A stretch of DNA of 64,000 bases from an uncultured delta proteobacterium (GCA_963711835.1 CAVQFQ010000012.1:83776-147775), one strand, 5' to 3'; shown: positions 20,566 to 31,326, numbered from the stretch's first letter. Notes: generated by a model from the sequence alone, not told the origin. Numbers and translations are program-made.

Positions 20566-21435
20566 TCAGTTAGACCGCAAACCCAGGATTTGCCTGGCCT
20601 CAGCCGGGCTGGCGATCTCTCTCCCCACCTCCCGGACGATCTTGGCCAGGGCTTCCACCAACAGACCGTTGTTCACGGCCTTTTCTCCGTTTGGTAGATA
20701 AAAAGTGTCCTCCAGGCCGCTCCGCACATTCCCTCCCAATTCCACACAGCGCCGGTGCAGGTCCCAGACCTCTTTCCGGCCGATGGCGATTACCTGATAG
20801 TGGGCCCCTTTCGGCATCTCCTCGATCAGCAGGGGAAGCCACTCCGGTTTGGCCGGCATACCGCTGGCCACACCCATGACCAGGGAGATGTGGGCCGCTC
20901 CCTCAAACATCCCGTTCCGCTGGAAAAGGCCCACGCTGCGCACGATCCCGCTATCAAAACATTCAAACTCCGGCACAACGCCGTTGGCCTTCATCACTTC
21001 CAGAAATCCTTGCACTTTTTCCACCGGATTATCGAACAGGCTCGGCGGCCAGGCCCAGTTGCCGTCGCTCCTGAGCTTTAAGTAGTTCAACGACCCGGCA
21101 TTGCAGGCCGCCATCTCGGGTTTGAACTTTTCCAGGCAGGCTGCCGGGCCGGAGATGTCCGACCCCATCACCCCGGTGCTCATGCAGATGATGATCTCCG
21201 GGACCCGGGCCTTGATGGCCGCCAGGATCGCTCCCACCGTTTCCAGGTCCCAGGTGGGCAGGTGCCCCAGGCCCTGACCCTGGTTACGGAAATGGACATG
21301 AACCGTGGAGGCCCCGGCATTGTAGGCCTGTTGGGCCTGGTCGGCCATCTCCTCCGGTGTTACCGGGACATGGTGAATCGCCGGATCGGTCAGCACGCCG
21401 GTCAAGGCGCAAGTGATAACAGTCTTGGCACTCAT
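20566..21435 (-). CDS. Beta-keto acid cleavage enzyme (BKACE/Kce, DUF849)
   Basis: ITCALTG, PVTPEE, AGASTVHVH, PEFECFD, GGNVRSGLED; start at ATG 21435 after a GAGGAAGG RBS. Confidence 0.92.
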   Translation of the reverse strand: MSAKTVITCALTGVLTDPAIHHVPVTPEEMADQAQQAYNAGASTVHVHFRNQGQGLGHLPTWDLETVGAILAAIKARVPEIIICMSTGVMGSDISGPAACLEKFKPEMAACNAGSLNYLKLRSDGNWAWPPSLFDNPVEKVQGFLEVMKANGVVPEFECFDSGIVRSVGLFQRNGMFEGAAHISLVMGVASGMPAKPEWLPLLIEEMPKGAHYQVIAIGRKEVWDLHRRCVELGGNVRSGLEDTFYLPNGEKAVNNGLLVEALAKIVREVGREIASPAEARQILGLRSN

Positions 21436-21494
21436 TCCTTCCTCCTTAAAATATCTATTGTGATTTTCAAGCCTCATGAAAAATTGCGTGAATA

Positions 21495-21537
21495 GGATTC
21501 GAGGGGCCAAGGGGTCGAGGGTGAATCCTTGAACCCT
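21495..21537. repeat. 8-mer periodic repeat (GGGTCGAG/GGATTCGA)
   Basis: GGATTCGAGGGGCCAAGGGGTCGAGGGTGAATCCTTGAACCCT; similar to 24966-25000. Confidence 0.6.
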
Positions 21538-21545
21538 CAAAAATT

Positions 21546-23102
21546 TTACGTCGGCCCTGTCCCATGCCCCTTGGCCCTCTTTGGAAGTGTCTCTCGCTTG
21601 TCCTTAGTTAATTCCAGGGCCTCGATAATCCTCTTGCGGGTATCTTTTGGCTCAATGATCTCATCCACCACCTGAGCCGTCCAGCTCCTTCCTGCCTCGA
21701 AAACGTCCACTTTTTCTCTGGACCTATTCAAGTACCCCTGGGTGGCGTCCTTCTCAATCCCTTTTCCATAAAGTTCCTGATAGTCCAGTGTGGAAGCCTC
21801 TACGGCCAGGCGGGCAATGGGCCAGGCGTAACAGACATCCACCCCCATTCCCTTGACGCCGCCCATAATGATACTCCCGGCATCCGCATAGGCTTCCCTG
21901 AGAATGACGCTGATCTTGGGAATGGTCGCCGTGGCATAAAGATCCAGGATCTTGCCCACATGTCTCAGAAGACCGATAGTCTCCTGCCCTTCTCCCGGCA
22001 CTACGGAGGGGGTATCGATTAAAGTCAGCAAAGGAATATTATAGGCATCCAGAACCTGGAGAAACCGGTAATACTTGTCGCAAGAGTTGATCTCTAAAAT
22101 ACTCCCGGGCTCTTTGGGATTACAGGCCACCAACCCGACCACCTGGCCGTTGAATCGGCAGAAACAGGTGATCAGGTTCTTGGCGTATTCGTCCTTAATC
22201 TCAAGATACTCCCGGTCATCGACCAGGACCTTGATGACCTCGTGCATGTCGTAGGTCTGGTCAAAGTCGTCGGGAACGATGGCCGTCAATTCCTCCACTT
22301 CCCGATCGGCCTGATCCGAGGGGGTTCGAAAAGGAGGGCGCTCCCGCCAGTTCGAAGGCAGGTAACTCAGGAGCTGACGGGTCAGTTTGATGGTCTCAGC
22401 GTCATTATCCCCCACCAGGTCGCAGGTCCCGCTGTAGATCATGTGATAATCGGCCCCGCCGACGTCATCGCCGATTTTTTCCGAAGTGGCCGCCTGGGTC
22501 ATGCGAGGACCGCCCAACCAGAGCTGGGCCGAGCCCCGGCTCATGAGGAGAAAATCACACAACACCGGACAATAGGCCTGGCCGGCGATGCAGGGACCCA
22601 GCAGGACGTTGATCTGGGGGATCATACCCGAATACCGCGATTCCAGGGCAAACCACCAGTCGATGCCGGCCATGGGCACATCCCGGTAACCCAGCCGGCC
22701 CCCGGATGAATCCAGCAGCCAGACCATGGGGATCATCCAGCGGGCGGCCATCTCCATCAGCTTGACGAACTTCAGCCCATGCTGGGTGCCGATGGATCCG
22801 CCCAGGACGGTGAAGTCGCTGGCGTAGACCGCCACCAGGCGGCCCTCCACCCTTCCGCTGCCGACCACGGCCCCATCGCAGGGGGCGTCAAACTGACGCC
22901 CGTCAATCCGGGAACCGGTGGTGTTGACCGGGGAGCCCAGTTCATGAAAGGTTCCGGGATCCAGGAGATGCTCGATCCTTTCCCGGGCCGTCAGCTTGCC
23001 CCTGCGGTGCTGCCGGTCGATATGCTCCTGCCCGCCGCCGGAGAGATTTCTTTCCTGGATTTCCCTCAACCTCTGAATGGCTTGTTCGTATCGTTCATTC
23101 AT
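21546..23102 (-). CDS. Acyl-CoA carboxylase carboxyltransferase (beta) subunit 1
   Basis: GKLTARERI..LLD, DFTVLGGS, DSSGGRL, PCIAGQAY, YDMHEVI. Confidence 0.92.
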   Translation of the reverse strand: MNERYEQAIQRLREIQERNLSGGGQEHIDRQHRRGKLTARERIEHLLDPGTFHELGSPVNTTGSRIDGRQFDAPCDGAVVGSGRVEGRLVAVYASDFTVLGGSIGTQHGLKFVKLMEMAARWMIPMVWLLDSSGGRLGYRDVPMAGIDWWFALESRYSGMIPQINVLLGPCIAGQAYCPVLCDFLLMSRGSAQLWLGGPRMTQAATSEKIGDDVGGADYHMIYSGTCDLVGDNDAETIKLTRQLLSYLPSNWRERPPFRTPSDQADREVEELTAIVPDDFDQTYDMHEVIKVLVDDREYLEIKDEYAKNLITCFCRFNGQVVGLVACNPKEPGSILEINSCDKYYRFLQVLDAYNIPLLTLIDTPSVVPGEGQETIGLLRHVGKILDLYATATIPKISVILREAYADAGSIIMGGVKGMGVDVCYAWPIARLAVEASTLDYQELYGKGIEKDATQGYLNRSREKVDVFEAGRSWTAQVVDEIIEPKDTRKRIIEALELTKDKRETLPKRAKGHGTGPT

Positions 23103-23132
23103 TTTTCCACCTACTAAATCAAAACAAGTTTA

Positions 23133-23311
23133 TCACCGCCCACTCGTCACCGCCTTTGGCATGACTCGTTCAAGACGCAGAGATCGCTAAGAGAAATTTT
23201 TTTCATTTGCCTGTGAGAGGCAGGCAAATGAAAAGAGCTCGTTTTGCTTTCCGCCTTCTTAGCGGAAAGCAAAAATATTCTTCTTTGCGTCCTTTGCGCC
23301 TTTGCGGTGAA
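23133..23311. repeat. 9-mer periodic palindromic element, copy 2
   Basis: TCACCGC...GCGGTGA ends, CTTTGCG x3, two internal hairpins. Confidence 0.8.
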
Positions 23312-23377
23312 GATAAACCATTATTCGCCATGGTAAATAACCAAACTTTGCCTGCCTCACGCGTCACCCGTCACTTA

Positions 23378-24928
23378 TTACGCCGGTTTTATGGAGCGCC
23401 TCTTCTCGGGCAAAATCTCCCGCTTGTTTTGAACCGCCTCAATGGCCCGGATGATCCGGGGTCGCGTGTCCCTGGGGTCAATCACCTCATGGGTCGTATA
23501 GTAGGAAGTCCAGATCTTGGCCAGGTTCATGACCGAGAACTGCTCCTTGAGGATGCTCAGATACTGATTGAATACCTGTTCAAAGTTCCCCTGCTCCTTG
23601 GCCTTGGCCAGCTCCTTATGGAAAATGGCATGGACCACGGTCTCCGGACCGGTAGGGGCGAATTCCACGGTCGGCCAGGTGTAAATAAAATCCGGAAACA
23701 TCTTGGAGCAACCCAGGACGATATTGGCCCCACCGTAAGAACGCCGCAGGACCATGGTGATCTTGGGGCAGGTCAGGTGGGCATAGGAATGGAGAAGCTT
23801 GGCCCCATGTCGAAGAACACCCATCCTTTCCCAGCGGTCTCCCGGAGGAAAGGCGGTGGTATCCACCAGGGTAATAAGAGGGATGTTGAAAGCATCCAGG
23901 AAATTCATGAAGCGGTCGTACTTGTCCGAGGAGTCGGGCTCCAGGATGCCGCTCATTTCATCGGGGTTATTGGCCACGATACCAGCGGCATATCCCCCGA
24001 AGCGGGCCAAGCCGATGATCAGATGCGAGGCAAATTCCTCCTTGAGCTCAAAAAAAATCCCTTCGTCCACGATCTTATCGATGACCTCATGCATGTCATA
24101 GGTAAATTTGGGGTCATCGGGCATGATGTTCAGCAGATCTTCCTCCCGCCTTTCCGGATCATCTGCGGTCTGCTTATAGGGCGGCCTTTCCCGGCAATTT
24201 TGTGGGAGATAATTCAACAGACGCTTGGTTTGCTCGATCGCTTCTTCATCGCTGTCCACGATGAGGTCGCACTGGCCGCTCTTTTCCATATGGAACCCGG
24301 CCGATCCAGCTCCAGAGGTCCCTTTTTCACCACCCAGCCAGAGAAAGGCTGTTTTCCGGTTCATGATAAGGAAGTCGGCCAGCACCGGGAGAACCGCCTG
24401 AACCCCGGTGCAGGGTCCGAGCAGCAGGATGATCCGGGGGATGATCCCGGAGTAGAGGCAGGTATTCCTTAAAAATTCGCTAAAACCATTAAGACCGGAG
24501 TCGCCGCCTTTGAAGCTGAGGCGTTCCCCGGCCGAATCGATCATTCCGATCAGGGGGACTTCCATTTGACCGGCCATCTTGGTCAGGTCGTTCAGTTTCC
24601 AGGCGGCCTGGTCGCCCAGGGAGCCGGACATGACGGTAAAGTCCGTGGCATACAGGGCGACGATGCGCTTATTGATCCGGCCAAAGCCGGTCACCACCCC
24701 ATCTGCAGGACTGGGTCTTTCCCGGCCGTCATAGGGAGGGCGCATATCACGGACCATGGATCCGATTTCCTCGAAGCTCCCTTCGTCCAGAAGCGTATTA
24801 ATCCTCTCCCTGGCGCTGAGCTTTCCTGATTGATGCTGCACCAGGAGCCGCTCCGGGCCGCCGCCTTCCAGGTTCTCCTGGCGAACTTTTTCCAGCCGGG
24901 CCAGATAGCCGTCCATCCATTTTCCCAT
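23378..24928 (-). CDS. Acyl-CoA carboxylase carboxyltransferase (beta) subunit 2
   Basis: GKLSARERI..LLD, DFTVMSGS, RRSYGGA, IDPRDTR. Confidence 0.92.
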   Translation of the reverse strand: MGKWMDGYLARLEKVRQENLEGGGPERLLVQHQSGKLSARERINTLLDEGSFEEIGSMVRDMRPPYDGRERPSPADGVVTGFGRINKRIVALYATDFTVMSGSLGDQAAWKLNDLTKMAGQMEVPLIGMIDSAGERLSFKGGDSGLNGFSEFLRNTCLYSGIIPRIILLLGPCTGVQAVLPVLADFLIMNRKTAFLWLGGEKGTSGAGSAGFHMEKSGQCDLIVDSDEEAIEQTKRLLNYLPQNCRERPPYKQTADDPERREEDLLNIMPDDPKFTYDMHEVIDKIVDEGIFFELKEEFASHLIIGLARFGGYAAGIVANNPDEMSGILEPDSSDKYDRFMNFLDAFNIPLITLVDTTAFPPGDRWERMGVLRHGAKLLHSYAHLTCPKITMVLRRSYGGANIVLGCSKMFPDFIYTWPTVEFAPTGPETVVHAIFHKELAKAKEQGNFEQVFNQYLSILKEQFSVMNLAKIWTSYYTTHEVIDPRDTRPRIIRAIEAVQNKREILPEKRRSIKPA

Positions 24929-24965
24929 ACTTCCACCATCTCCGCTTTTATCTTTTTATGAGAAA

Positions 24966-25055
24966 GGGGCCAAGGATTCAGGGGTCGAGGGTTCAAGTGA
25001 GAATTAGTATCATTAATTAATTCGCCGAACGCTCGAACGCTTGACGCCGGGATCC
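24966..25055. repeat. 8-mer periodic repeat element overlapping the fadH stop
   Basis: GGGGCCAAGGATTCAGGGGTCGAGGGTTCAAGTG ... CGAACGCTCGAACGCTTGACGC. Confidence 0.6.
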
Positions 25056-27072
25056 GTTTAATTTTATACTTTGCAGTGCTGCTTCAAACCCTTGCCTCAC
25101 CGCATCCCCGATCTTACCCGGCTTATTGGCATCGCCAAGGGTGACGATCTCGATGCTGCTTCCCTTCAGGGCCTTTTCCAGATCATTCACAGGCAGCACC
25201 CCGGCAGCCATGATCACCGTATCGGCCGGGATGAACTCCTCTCCCTGATCGGTCATCACTTTGACGCCTTCATCGGTAACTTCAAGCAGCCGGGTCCGTG
25301 TTCGCATCTCCACCCCCATAAGTTTGAGGGTTTTCATCAGGGACCAGCGGCTCGAGCGGCTTACATTGGCCGCCAGTTTGCTCATCATCTCTATGATCGT
25401 TATTTTTCTTCCCGGTTTATGAAGAAGCTTAAGCGCCCAGTCCGGCTGTTCGGCGCTGTGGGCCATCAGAAAGGTAAATGTTTCCGGATCGGGAGTACCC
25501 ATTAGCGGCAATGAAATGAGCGGTTTCGCATCCGGTAGCGCTTCCTCCCACAATGACCACCTGGTTGCCGATATGGGCGATCTTGTCATTTAAGACATCC
25601 CAGGCACTGACCACCATGGGGTTATTGATGCCCGGAACATCCGGGACGGCCGCCCTGGCCCCGGAGGCAACCACCAGGAGATCCGGCTTTCCCCTCTCCA
25701 CCAGCTCGGGGGTCAGCGGGGTATTCAGGTTCACGGCTACCCCCCAGCGATTCATACGGGCCGTCATGCTGCCAATGATTTTCAGAAACTCTTTCTTCCC
25801 AGGTGCCGCAGCAGCCAGGTTGACCTGGCCTCCCAACCGGTCGTCTTGCTCATAAAGGGTTACCTGGTGGCCCCTCTGTGCCGCCGTCAGGGCAAATTCC
25901 ATCCCGGCCGGTCCGCCGCCGGCAACCATAATTTTCTTGGGGATCTCCGCCTGGTTAATTTGAATTTCATACTCCCTGCCGGTCCGGGGGTTGAGAATGC
26001 AGCCCACGGACTCACCGGAGAAGATGGGGTCAAAGCAGCCCTGGTTGCAGGAGATACAGGAAATGACTTCATCGAGCCGGCCCTCTTTCACTTTATTGGG
26101 CAATTCCGGATCAGTCAGAAGGGGCCGGCCCCAGCAGATCAGGTCACAGGCCCCTGACCTCAAGGCCCTCTCGGCCACCAGGGGATTGCCGAGGCGGTTG
26201 GAGGCGAATACCGGCACGGCCACCTTTTCCTTGATGCCGCGGGCCAGGTAGAGAAAAACCCCGGCAGGCACATCGCTGGTAAGTTGAGGGACATTGGTTT
26301 CATGCCAGCCGCCGGTGACATTAACGGCATGGATGCCCATCTTTTGGGCCTCCAGGGCGAACTCGGCCTCCCCTTCGTTGGTCAATCCCCCGGGCATGAA
26401 TTCGTTTCCGGAAACGCGTATCCCTAAGGGGGTTTCTTCTCCAACGGCCTTCTTAACCTTGGCGATGACCTCGAGCCCGAAGCGCATCCGGTTTTCCTTG
26501 GTCCGCCCATAGTCGTCGCTTCGTTGATTGGTGACCGGGGAAAGAAATTGACTGATCAGGTAGCCGGTGCAGGTCAGGATTTCGATATAATCGAACCCGG
26601 CCCCTTTGGCCCTTACGGCGGCCCGGACATAAGCCTGCTGCACTTCCTCGATGTCCTCGAGGGTCATCTCCCGCGGGGTCTCCCCGGTAAGCTTGCTGGG
26701 GATGGCCGAGGGGGCGATGGAGGTCATACCGCTTAAAAAGGAAAAGGCGTACCGGCCCATGTGAAGAAACTGGATCCCGATCTTGGCTTCCGATTCTCCG
26801 TGAAGTTCCTCTACCAGGGCCTTCAAGGGTCGAACCTGATCATCCTCAAAAAGCCCGATCATCACCGGGGCGCTGCCCACCCGGTCAATGGCGATGGGCC
26901 CGATAGTCAGCAGCCCCACACCGCCTTTAGCCCGCTCCCGATAAAAAGCCCGGTAACGGTCGTTAAAGGAATAATCCATGGTGTAGATGAGGCCCATGGC
27001 GGGCATGACGATCCGGTTTGGGATTCTAAGGCCATGAATGGAAATAGGTTCGAAGAGCCGGTCGAAGGTCAT
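25017..27072 (-). CDS. fadH: 2,4-dienoyl-CoA reductase (FMN/4Fe-4S/FAD); one frameshift near 25495
   Basis: OYE barrel (NRIVMPAM, GYLISQFLSP.TNQRSDDYG, GGWHE), CISCNQGC..C, GGGPAG, GGSATGCE; the C-terminal part lies in a second frame. Confidence 0.9.
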
Positions 27073-27217
27073 TGCTCCCTCCTCATTCGGTATATTTTCC
27101 TTTTGGTTCTTAAAAGCCCTCCCGCGTGCCCTGGGAGGTGGAGCGATGAATCGGGTCCCGCTTCAAGGAGCGAGATCGTGCGCCCGGGAAGGGCGGAGAC
27201 AGTTTGGAAAGGTCAAA

Positions 27218-28441
27218 TCATCCGTAGTGTTTTTCTTCTTCATCCGGGGTCTGGGCATCAGCCTCGATGTCCCGGGATTGGCCCTGGGATTTCTTCAGTT
27301 CCCGGTAATACTCGTGCTGAATCAACAAATTCATCACTTGATTGGTCCCGGTCCAGATCATGGCCAGGCGGCAGTCCCGAAGCATCCGCTCGATGGGATA
27401 AACCGTGGTATAGCCGATGCCGCCCATGATCTGCATGGCGTTGTTGATCACCTGCCAGGCCGCTTCCGTACCCACTTTTTTCGCTTCTGAGACCAGGCGC
27501 CGGCCGTCCTCACCGGCATCGACCTTTTTCGCAGCCACATAGACCAGGGCTTGGGCGGAATCCAAAAGGGCCGCGGAATCAGCCACCATGAAGTTGACCG
27601 CCTGGAAATTATCAATCGTCTTTCCAAAGGCCTTCCTTCGGGTGGTATAACGGGCCGCCACCTCCAGAGCTGCTCGCCCGGCCCCGACAGAGCCGGCTCC
27701 GCTTAGGAGTCTTTCCGGGACCATCATCCGGTTAAAAATGGCATGGGCCTGATGAAGGTTTCCAACCACGTTTTCTTTGGGAACACGGACATCCTTAAAG
27801 ACGATCCTTCCGGTTCCCCCTCCCCGGGTCCCCAGCAGGGTATAAATATTCTGCACTTCAACGCCAAAGGCCCTTTCCACGATAAAGCAGCTTATCGATT
27901 CATGGACCGGCGCCTTGGGATCGGACTTGGCATAGACCAGAAACCAGTCCGAGTCCTGGGCCCCGACCACAAACCTTTTTTCACCGTTCAGGATAAACGA
28001 ATCGCCGTCTTTTACCGCGGTAGTGGTGGCCCCGAAGAAATCCGAGCCCCCTCTCGGTTCGGTCAGGGCCTCGGCGCTGTAAAGTTTACCGGCCAGAGTG
28101 GGGGCCAGGTATTTTTCTTTTTGTTCCCGGGTCCCGAAAAGATTGAGGGCTTCTCCCACGATGCTCGGCATCACGTATGCGCACGACAGGGAATTCCCCA
28201 GAACCCCCACCTCCTCGACGGCGGCGCATTCGGCTGTCCAGTTCAGGCCCCTGCCCCCGTATTCCTTAGGAAAACGACATCCCAGCAGATTTTTAGCGGC
28301 GGCCATTTCCACAAAAGGCCGGCCGGTTTCGATCTTGCTGGCATCCATGTCCCGGATCAACTGGCTGGACACGCTTTTGACAAATTCCCGGACCTGGTTA
28401 CGGAAGGCTTTTTCTTCCTCGGTAAGTAAAAAATCAAACAT
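27218..28441 (-). CDS. Acyl-CoA dehydrogenase
   Basis: ALTEPRGGSD, LNGEKRF, MVPERL, R.AFGK.I..FQAV, QIMGGIGY, IWTGTNQ. Confidence 0.93.
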   Translation of the reverse strand: MFDFLLTEEEKAFRNQVREFVKSVSSQLIRDMDASKIETGRPFVEMAAAKNLLGCRFPKEYGGRGLNWTAECAAVEEVGVLGNSLSCAYVMPSIVGEALNLFGTREQKEKYLAPTLAGKLYSAEALTEPRGGSDFFGATTTAVKDGDSFILNGEKRFVVGAQDSDWFLVYAKSDPKAPVHESISCFIVERAFGVEVQNIYTLLGTRGGGTGRIVFKDVRVPKENVVGNLHQAHAIFNRMMVPERLLSGAGSVGAGRAALEVAARYTTRRKAFGKTIDNFQAVNFMVADSAALLDSAQALVYVAAKKVDAGEDGRRLVSEAKKVGTEAAWQVINNAMQIMGGIGYTTVYPIERMLRDCRLAMIWTGTNQVMNLLIQHEYYRELKKSQGQSRDIEADAQTPDEEEKHYG

Positions 28442-28475
28442 GGCTGCCTCCTTTAGAGTACGAAAATCATCCGGT

Positions 28476-29177
28476 TTAGACCACCAAATATTTGCGGATG
28501 ATTGCTTCGTTGTTCCAGATGTCTTCCATGCCCCCGGAGTGCTGGATCATCCCCTTCTCGATAATATAGCCGCGGGTGCAGACCTTGCGGCAAAATTTGA
28601 GGTTCTGGTCAGCCAGGAGAATAGTCACCCCCTGCTCGTGAATCTTGCCCAGCACTTCGATCAAATTGGCCACCACCAACGGGGCCAGCCCTTCGGAAGG
28701 TTCATCCAACAATATCAAGCGGGGATTGGCCATTAATGCCCGGCCGATGCCCAGCATCTTTTTCTCTCCGCCGGAAAGATTCATTCCTTTTGCTTTGGAC
28801 AGGTCACCCAACACCGGAAAAAGTTCGATTACCCGCTCCCGGTTCCAGTAGCCGGTCCGCTTGGACAGGCGGCGAGCGATCTCAAGATTCTCGTCGGTGG
28901 TCAGGTCGGGAAAGATACGGAGATCATCGGGCATATAGCCTACGCCCTGGCGGGCGATGTTATAGGCCGGCCGGCCGGAGATCTCTTTTCCCAGGAACGT
29001 TATCGACCCCCGTTTGGGCGGGGTCAGGCCGATGATGGACCGCAGGGTGGTTGTTTTGCCCACTCCGTTCCGCCCAAGAAGAGCCACCACTTCCCCTTCT
29101 GCAACGGACAGGGAAATGCTTTGGAGCACGTGGCTGATGCCGTAGTAGGTGTCGATGTTGGAAACTTCTAAAAGCAT
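28476..29177 (-). CDS. livF: LIV-type ABC ATPase
   Basis: GRNGVGKTT, LSGGE, LLDEPSEGLAP; start reset to ATG 29177. Confidence 0.92.
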   Translation of the reverse strand: MLLEVSNIDTYYGISHVLQSISLSVAEGEVVALLGRNGVGKTTTLRSIIGLTPPKRGSITFLGKEISGRPAYNIARQGVGYMPDDLRIFPDLTTDENLEIARRLSKRTGYWNRERVIELFPVLGDLSKAKGMNLSGGEKKMLGIGRALMANPRLILLDEPSEGLAPLVVANLIEVLGKIHEQGVTILLADQNLKFCRKVCTRGYIIEKGMIQHSGGMEDIWNNEAIIRKYLVV

Positions 29178-29186
29178 AAAATCCTC

Positions 29187-29308
29187 AAACTCGAAATCCG
29201 AAACAAATCCAAATGACAAAAATTCAAATTTTGAAACCAATCGTTTTGAACATTTGAATTTTGAATTCTGGTCATTGTTTCGAATTTCGTGCTTCGAATT
29301 TCGGATTT
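29187..29308. repeat. 7-mer periodic palindrome (CGAAATC/T), empty copy A
   Basis: CGAAATCCGAAACAAATCCAAATGAC...TTGTTTCGAATTTCGTGCTTCGAATTTCGGATTT. Confidence 0.85.
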
Positions 29309-29322
29309 AGCCTTCATACTGA

Positions 29323-30093
29323 TCAAATCGAATCTCCCAGATAGACTTCCCGTACCTTCTCATTCTGCTTGATGTCTTCCGGACTTCCGTCTCCCAGCAA
29401 TTCCCCCCGATGCAGTACAATAACCCGCTCCGAAAGGGAAAAGACGACATCCATGTCGTGTTCTACCAGAACGAAAGTCGTCTGGCCTTCCCGGGATAAC
29501 TGCCGGATATTTTCCAGGACCTTCACCCTTTCCACCGGGTTCATGCCGGCCGTAGGCTCATCCAGAAAAAGTAAGGCCGGTTTCACCGCCAAAGCCACCG
29601 CCACCTCCAATAGACGCTGATCGCCATGAGACAGGGCATTGGCCGGAGTGGTGCGCACCCCGCCCAGACCCACTTTTTCCAGCAGGGTATCCACTTGCTT
29701 GAGGGCCGCCCTCTCTCCAGATACAGGCGAGAAAATGCGGGTCGCCCTTCCTGAAAGGGCCAGAGTGGGAATCATGATATTTTCCAGGACGGTCAATTCG
29801 GGAAAAATATTGACGATCTGGAAAGAACGGCAGATGCCCAAGCGCACCCGTTGGTGAATCGGCAAATGGGTTATGTTCTGTCCCCTAAACCGAATGGTCC
29901 CGGACTGAACCGGGAGGTTGCCGGTGATCAGATTGATCAGGGTGGATTTACCCGCCCCGTTCGGCCCGATGATCGAGGTCAACACGCCGGATTCGATATC
30001 CAAATCCAGGTCCCTGGCCGTACAGACCATCCCGAAATAATTGGACAATTTCCTGATTTCTAAAATAACCCCGCCCATTCTTTCCTTATTCAC
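29323..30093 (-). CDS. livG: LIV-type ABC ATPase
   Basis: GPNGAGKST, RSFQ, LSHGDQR, LDEPTAGM, VEHDM. Confidence 0.93.
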   Translation of the reverse strand: MNKERMGGVILEIRKLSNYFGMVCTARDLDLDIESGVLTSIIGPNGAGKSTLINLITGNLPVQSGTIRFRGQNITHLPIHQRVRLGICRSFQIVNIFPELTVLENIMIPTLALSGRATRIFSPVSGERAALKQVDTLLEKVGLGGVRTTPANALSHGDQRLLEVAVALAVKPALLFLDEPTAGMNPVERVKVLENIRQLSREGQTTFVLVEHDMDVVFSLSERVIVLHRGELLGDGSPEDIKQNEKVREVYLGDSI

Positions 30094-30118
30094 ACCGACC
30101 CGAAAAATTCGGAAAAGA

Positions 30119-30330
30119 TTTTTGCCACAGACAAAGACTGGATCCCGCTTTCAGCGGGACGGCGACTTGCCGCCACCCTAATCGTCAGCGCCTTTGGCGC
30201 ATATAAAGTCTTTCCTCGCGAAGCTATGGCCTGTTATGCCCGTTCAAAGCCTGCCCCGTAGGTATTAATACGGGGTCGAACGGGCATAAAAAATATCGTC
30301 TACCTTCGTCTGCGTGGGTCGGTGGCAAAA
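30119..30330. repeat. GCCACAGAC-family palindromic element, copy 3
   Basis: TTTTTGCCACAGAC...GGTGGCAAAA; homologous to copies 1 and 2. Confidence 0.8.
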
Positions 30331-30348
30331 TAAAAGAATCTAAAGGCA

Positions 30349-31326
30349 CTAACGGGAAGTTCCAAATATTCTTTGGAAGACTCCGACCACGCCGCCGCGG
30401 AAGCCCATGATGATGATCAACAGAACCACCCCAAACCAGAGCATCCAGTTCTCTGTAAAACGCTGTATCAATTCCCGCATGGCCACAAAGATCACGCTGC
30501 CCACCAAGGGGCCCAAAAAAGTCTGTAATCCTCCCAGAAGGCTGACCAGGATCGGCTCGGCCGAATGGCTCCAGTGGGCCATAAAAGGCCTGGCGTTGCT
30601 CTCCAGCAGGGTTTCCAGACCCCCGGCCAAACCGGCAAAGGCCCCGCTTATGATAAAAACCGCCAGGCGGTAATTTTTTACCGAAAGACCGGCAAACTCG
30701 GCCCGGTTGGAGTTTTCCCGGATCCCGGCCAGGGCCAGTCCAAATGGGGATACCCGGATGCGATGGACAATCCAGGCACTTACGATAAAAACAGCCAGGA
30801 CTAAGAAGTAATACTGGGCATCCTTGCTTATGGGCAGGCTGAAGACCCCGAAGAGGGAAACAGGTTCCCGCATGATGCCCACCAGGCCGTCGTCGCCGCC
30901 GGTGATTTGCCTGGCTTTCCAGATCAGGGAAAAAACCATCATGCCAAAGGCCAGGGTCAGCATGGCAAAATAGATCTCCGAGTGGCGGACACAAAAGAAG
31001 CCGATGATCAAAGCCAGGACCATAGCCACCAGTACGGCGGCCAAGAGGCCTAACAAGGGATGGGGAGAAAGCTTGAGGGTGAAAAAGCCCAAGCCATAAG
31101 CCCCTGCGGCATAAAAAGCGGCATGGCCGAAAGAGAGCAGGCCGGTTCGTCCCAGGAGCAAATTATATCCCAGGGCGAAGATACCAAGGATCATGACCCG
31201 CATGGTCAGGTAGATTGTAAAACGACCGCTGAAGAGGCCGATACCTACCAGCAGTATCAGGATCAACGCGATGAATAGGATTTGCCGTCGTTTTAGTTTC
31301 ATGGCTGGACTAACGGGTCCCCCCAA
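30349..31326 (-). CDS. livM: LIV-type ABC permease
   Basis: GLLSFGHAAFY, YFAMLTLAF, TGGDDG, SPFG...IREN. Confidence 0.93.
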   Translation of the reverse strand: MGGPVSPAMKLKRRQILFIALILILLVGIGLFSGRFTIYLTMRVMILGIFALGYNLLLGRTGLLSFGHAAFYAAGAYGLGFFTLKLSPHPLLGLLAAVLVAMVLALIIGFFCVRHSEIYFAMLTLAFGMMVFSLIWKARQITGGDDGLVGIMREPVSLFGVFSLPISKDAQYYFLVLAVFIVSAWIVHRIRVSPFGLALAGIRENSNRAEFAGLSVKNYRLAVFIISGAFAGLAGGLETLLESNARPFMAHWSHSAEPILVSLLGGLQTFLGPLVGSVIFVAMRELIQRFTENWMLWFGVVLLIIIMGFRGGVVGVFQRIFGTSR

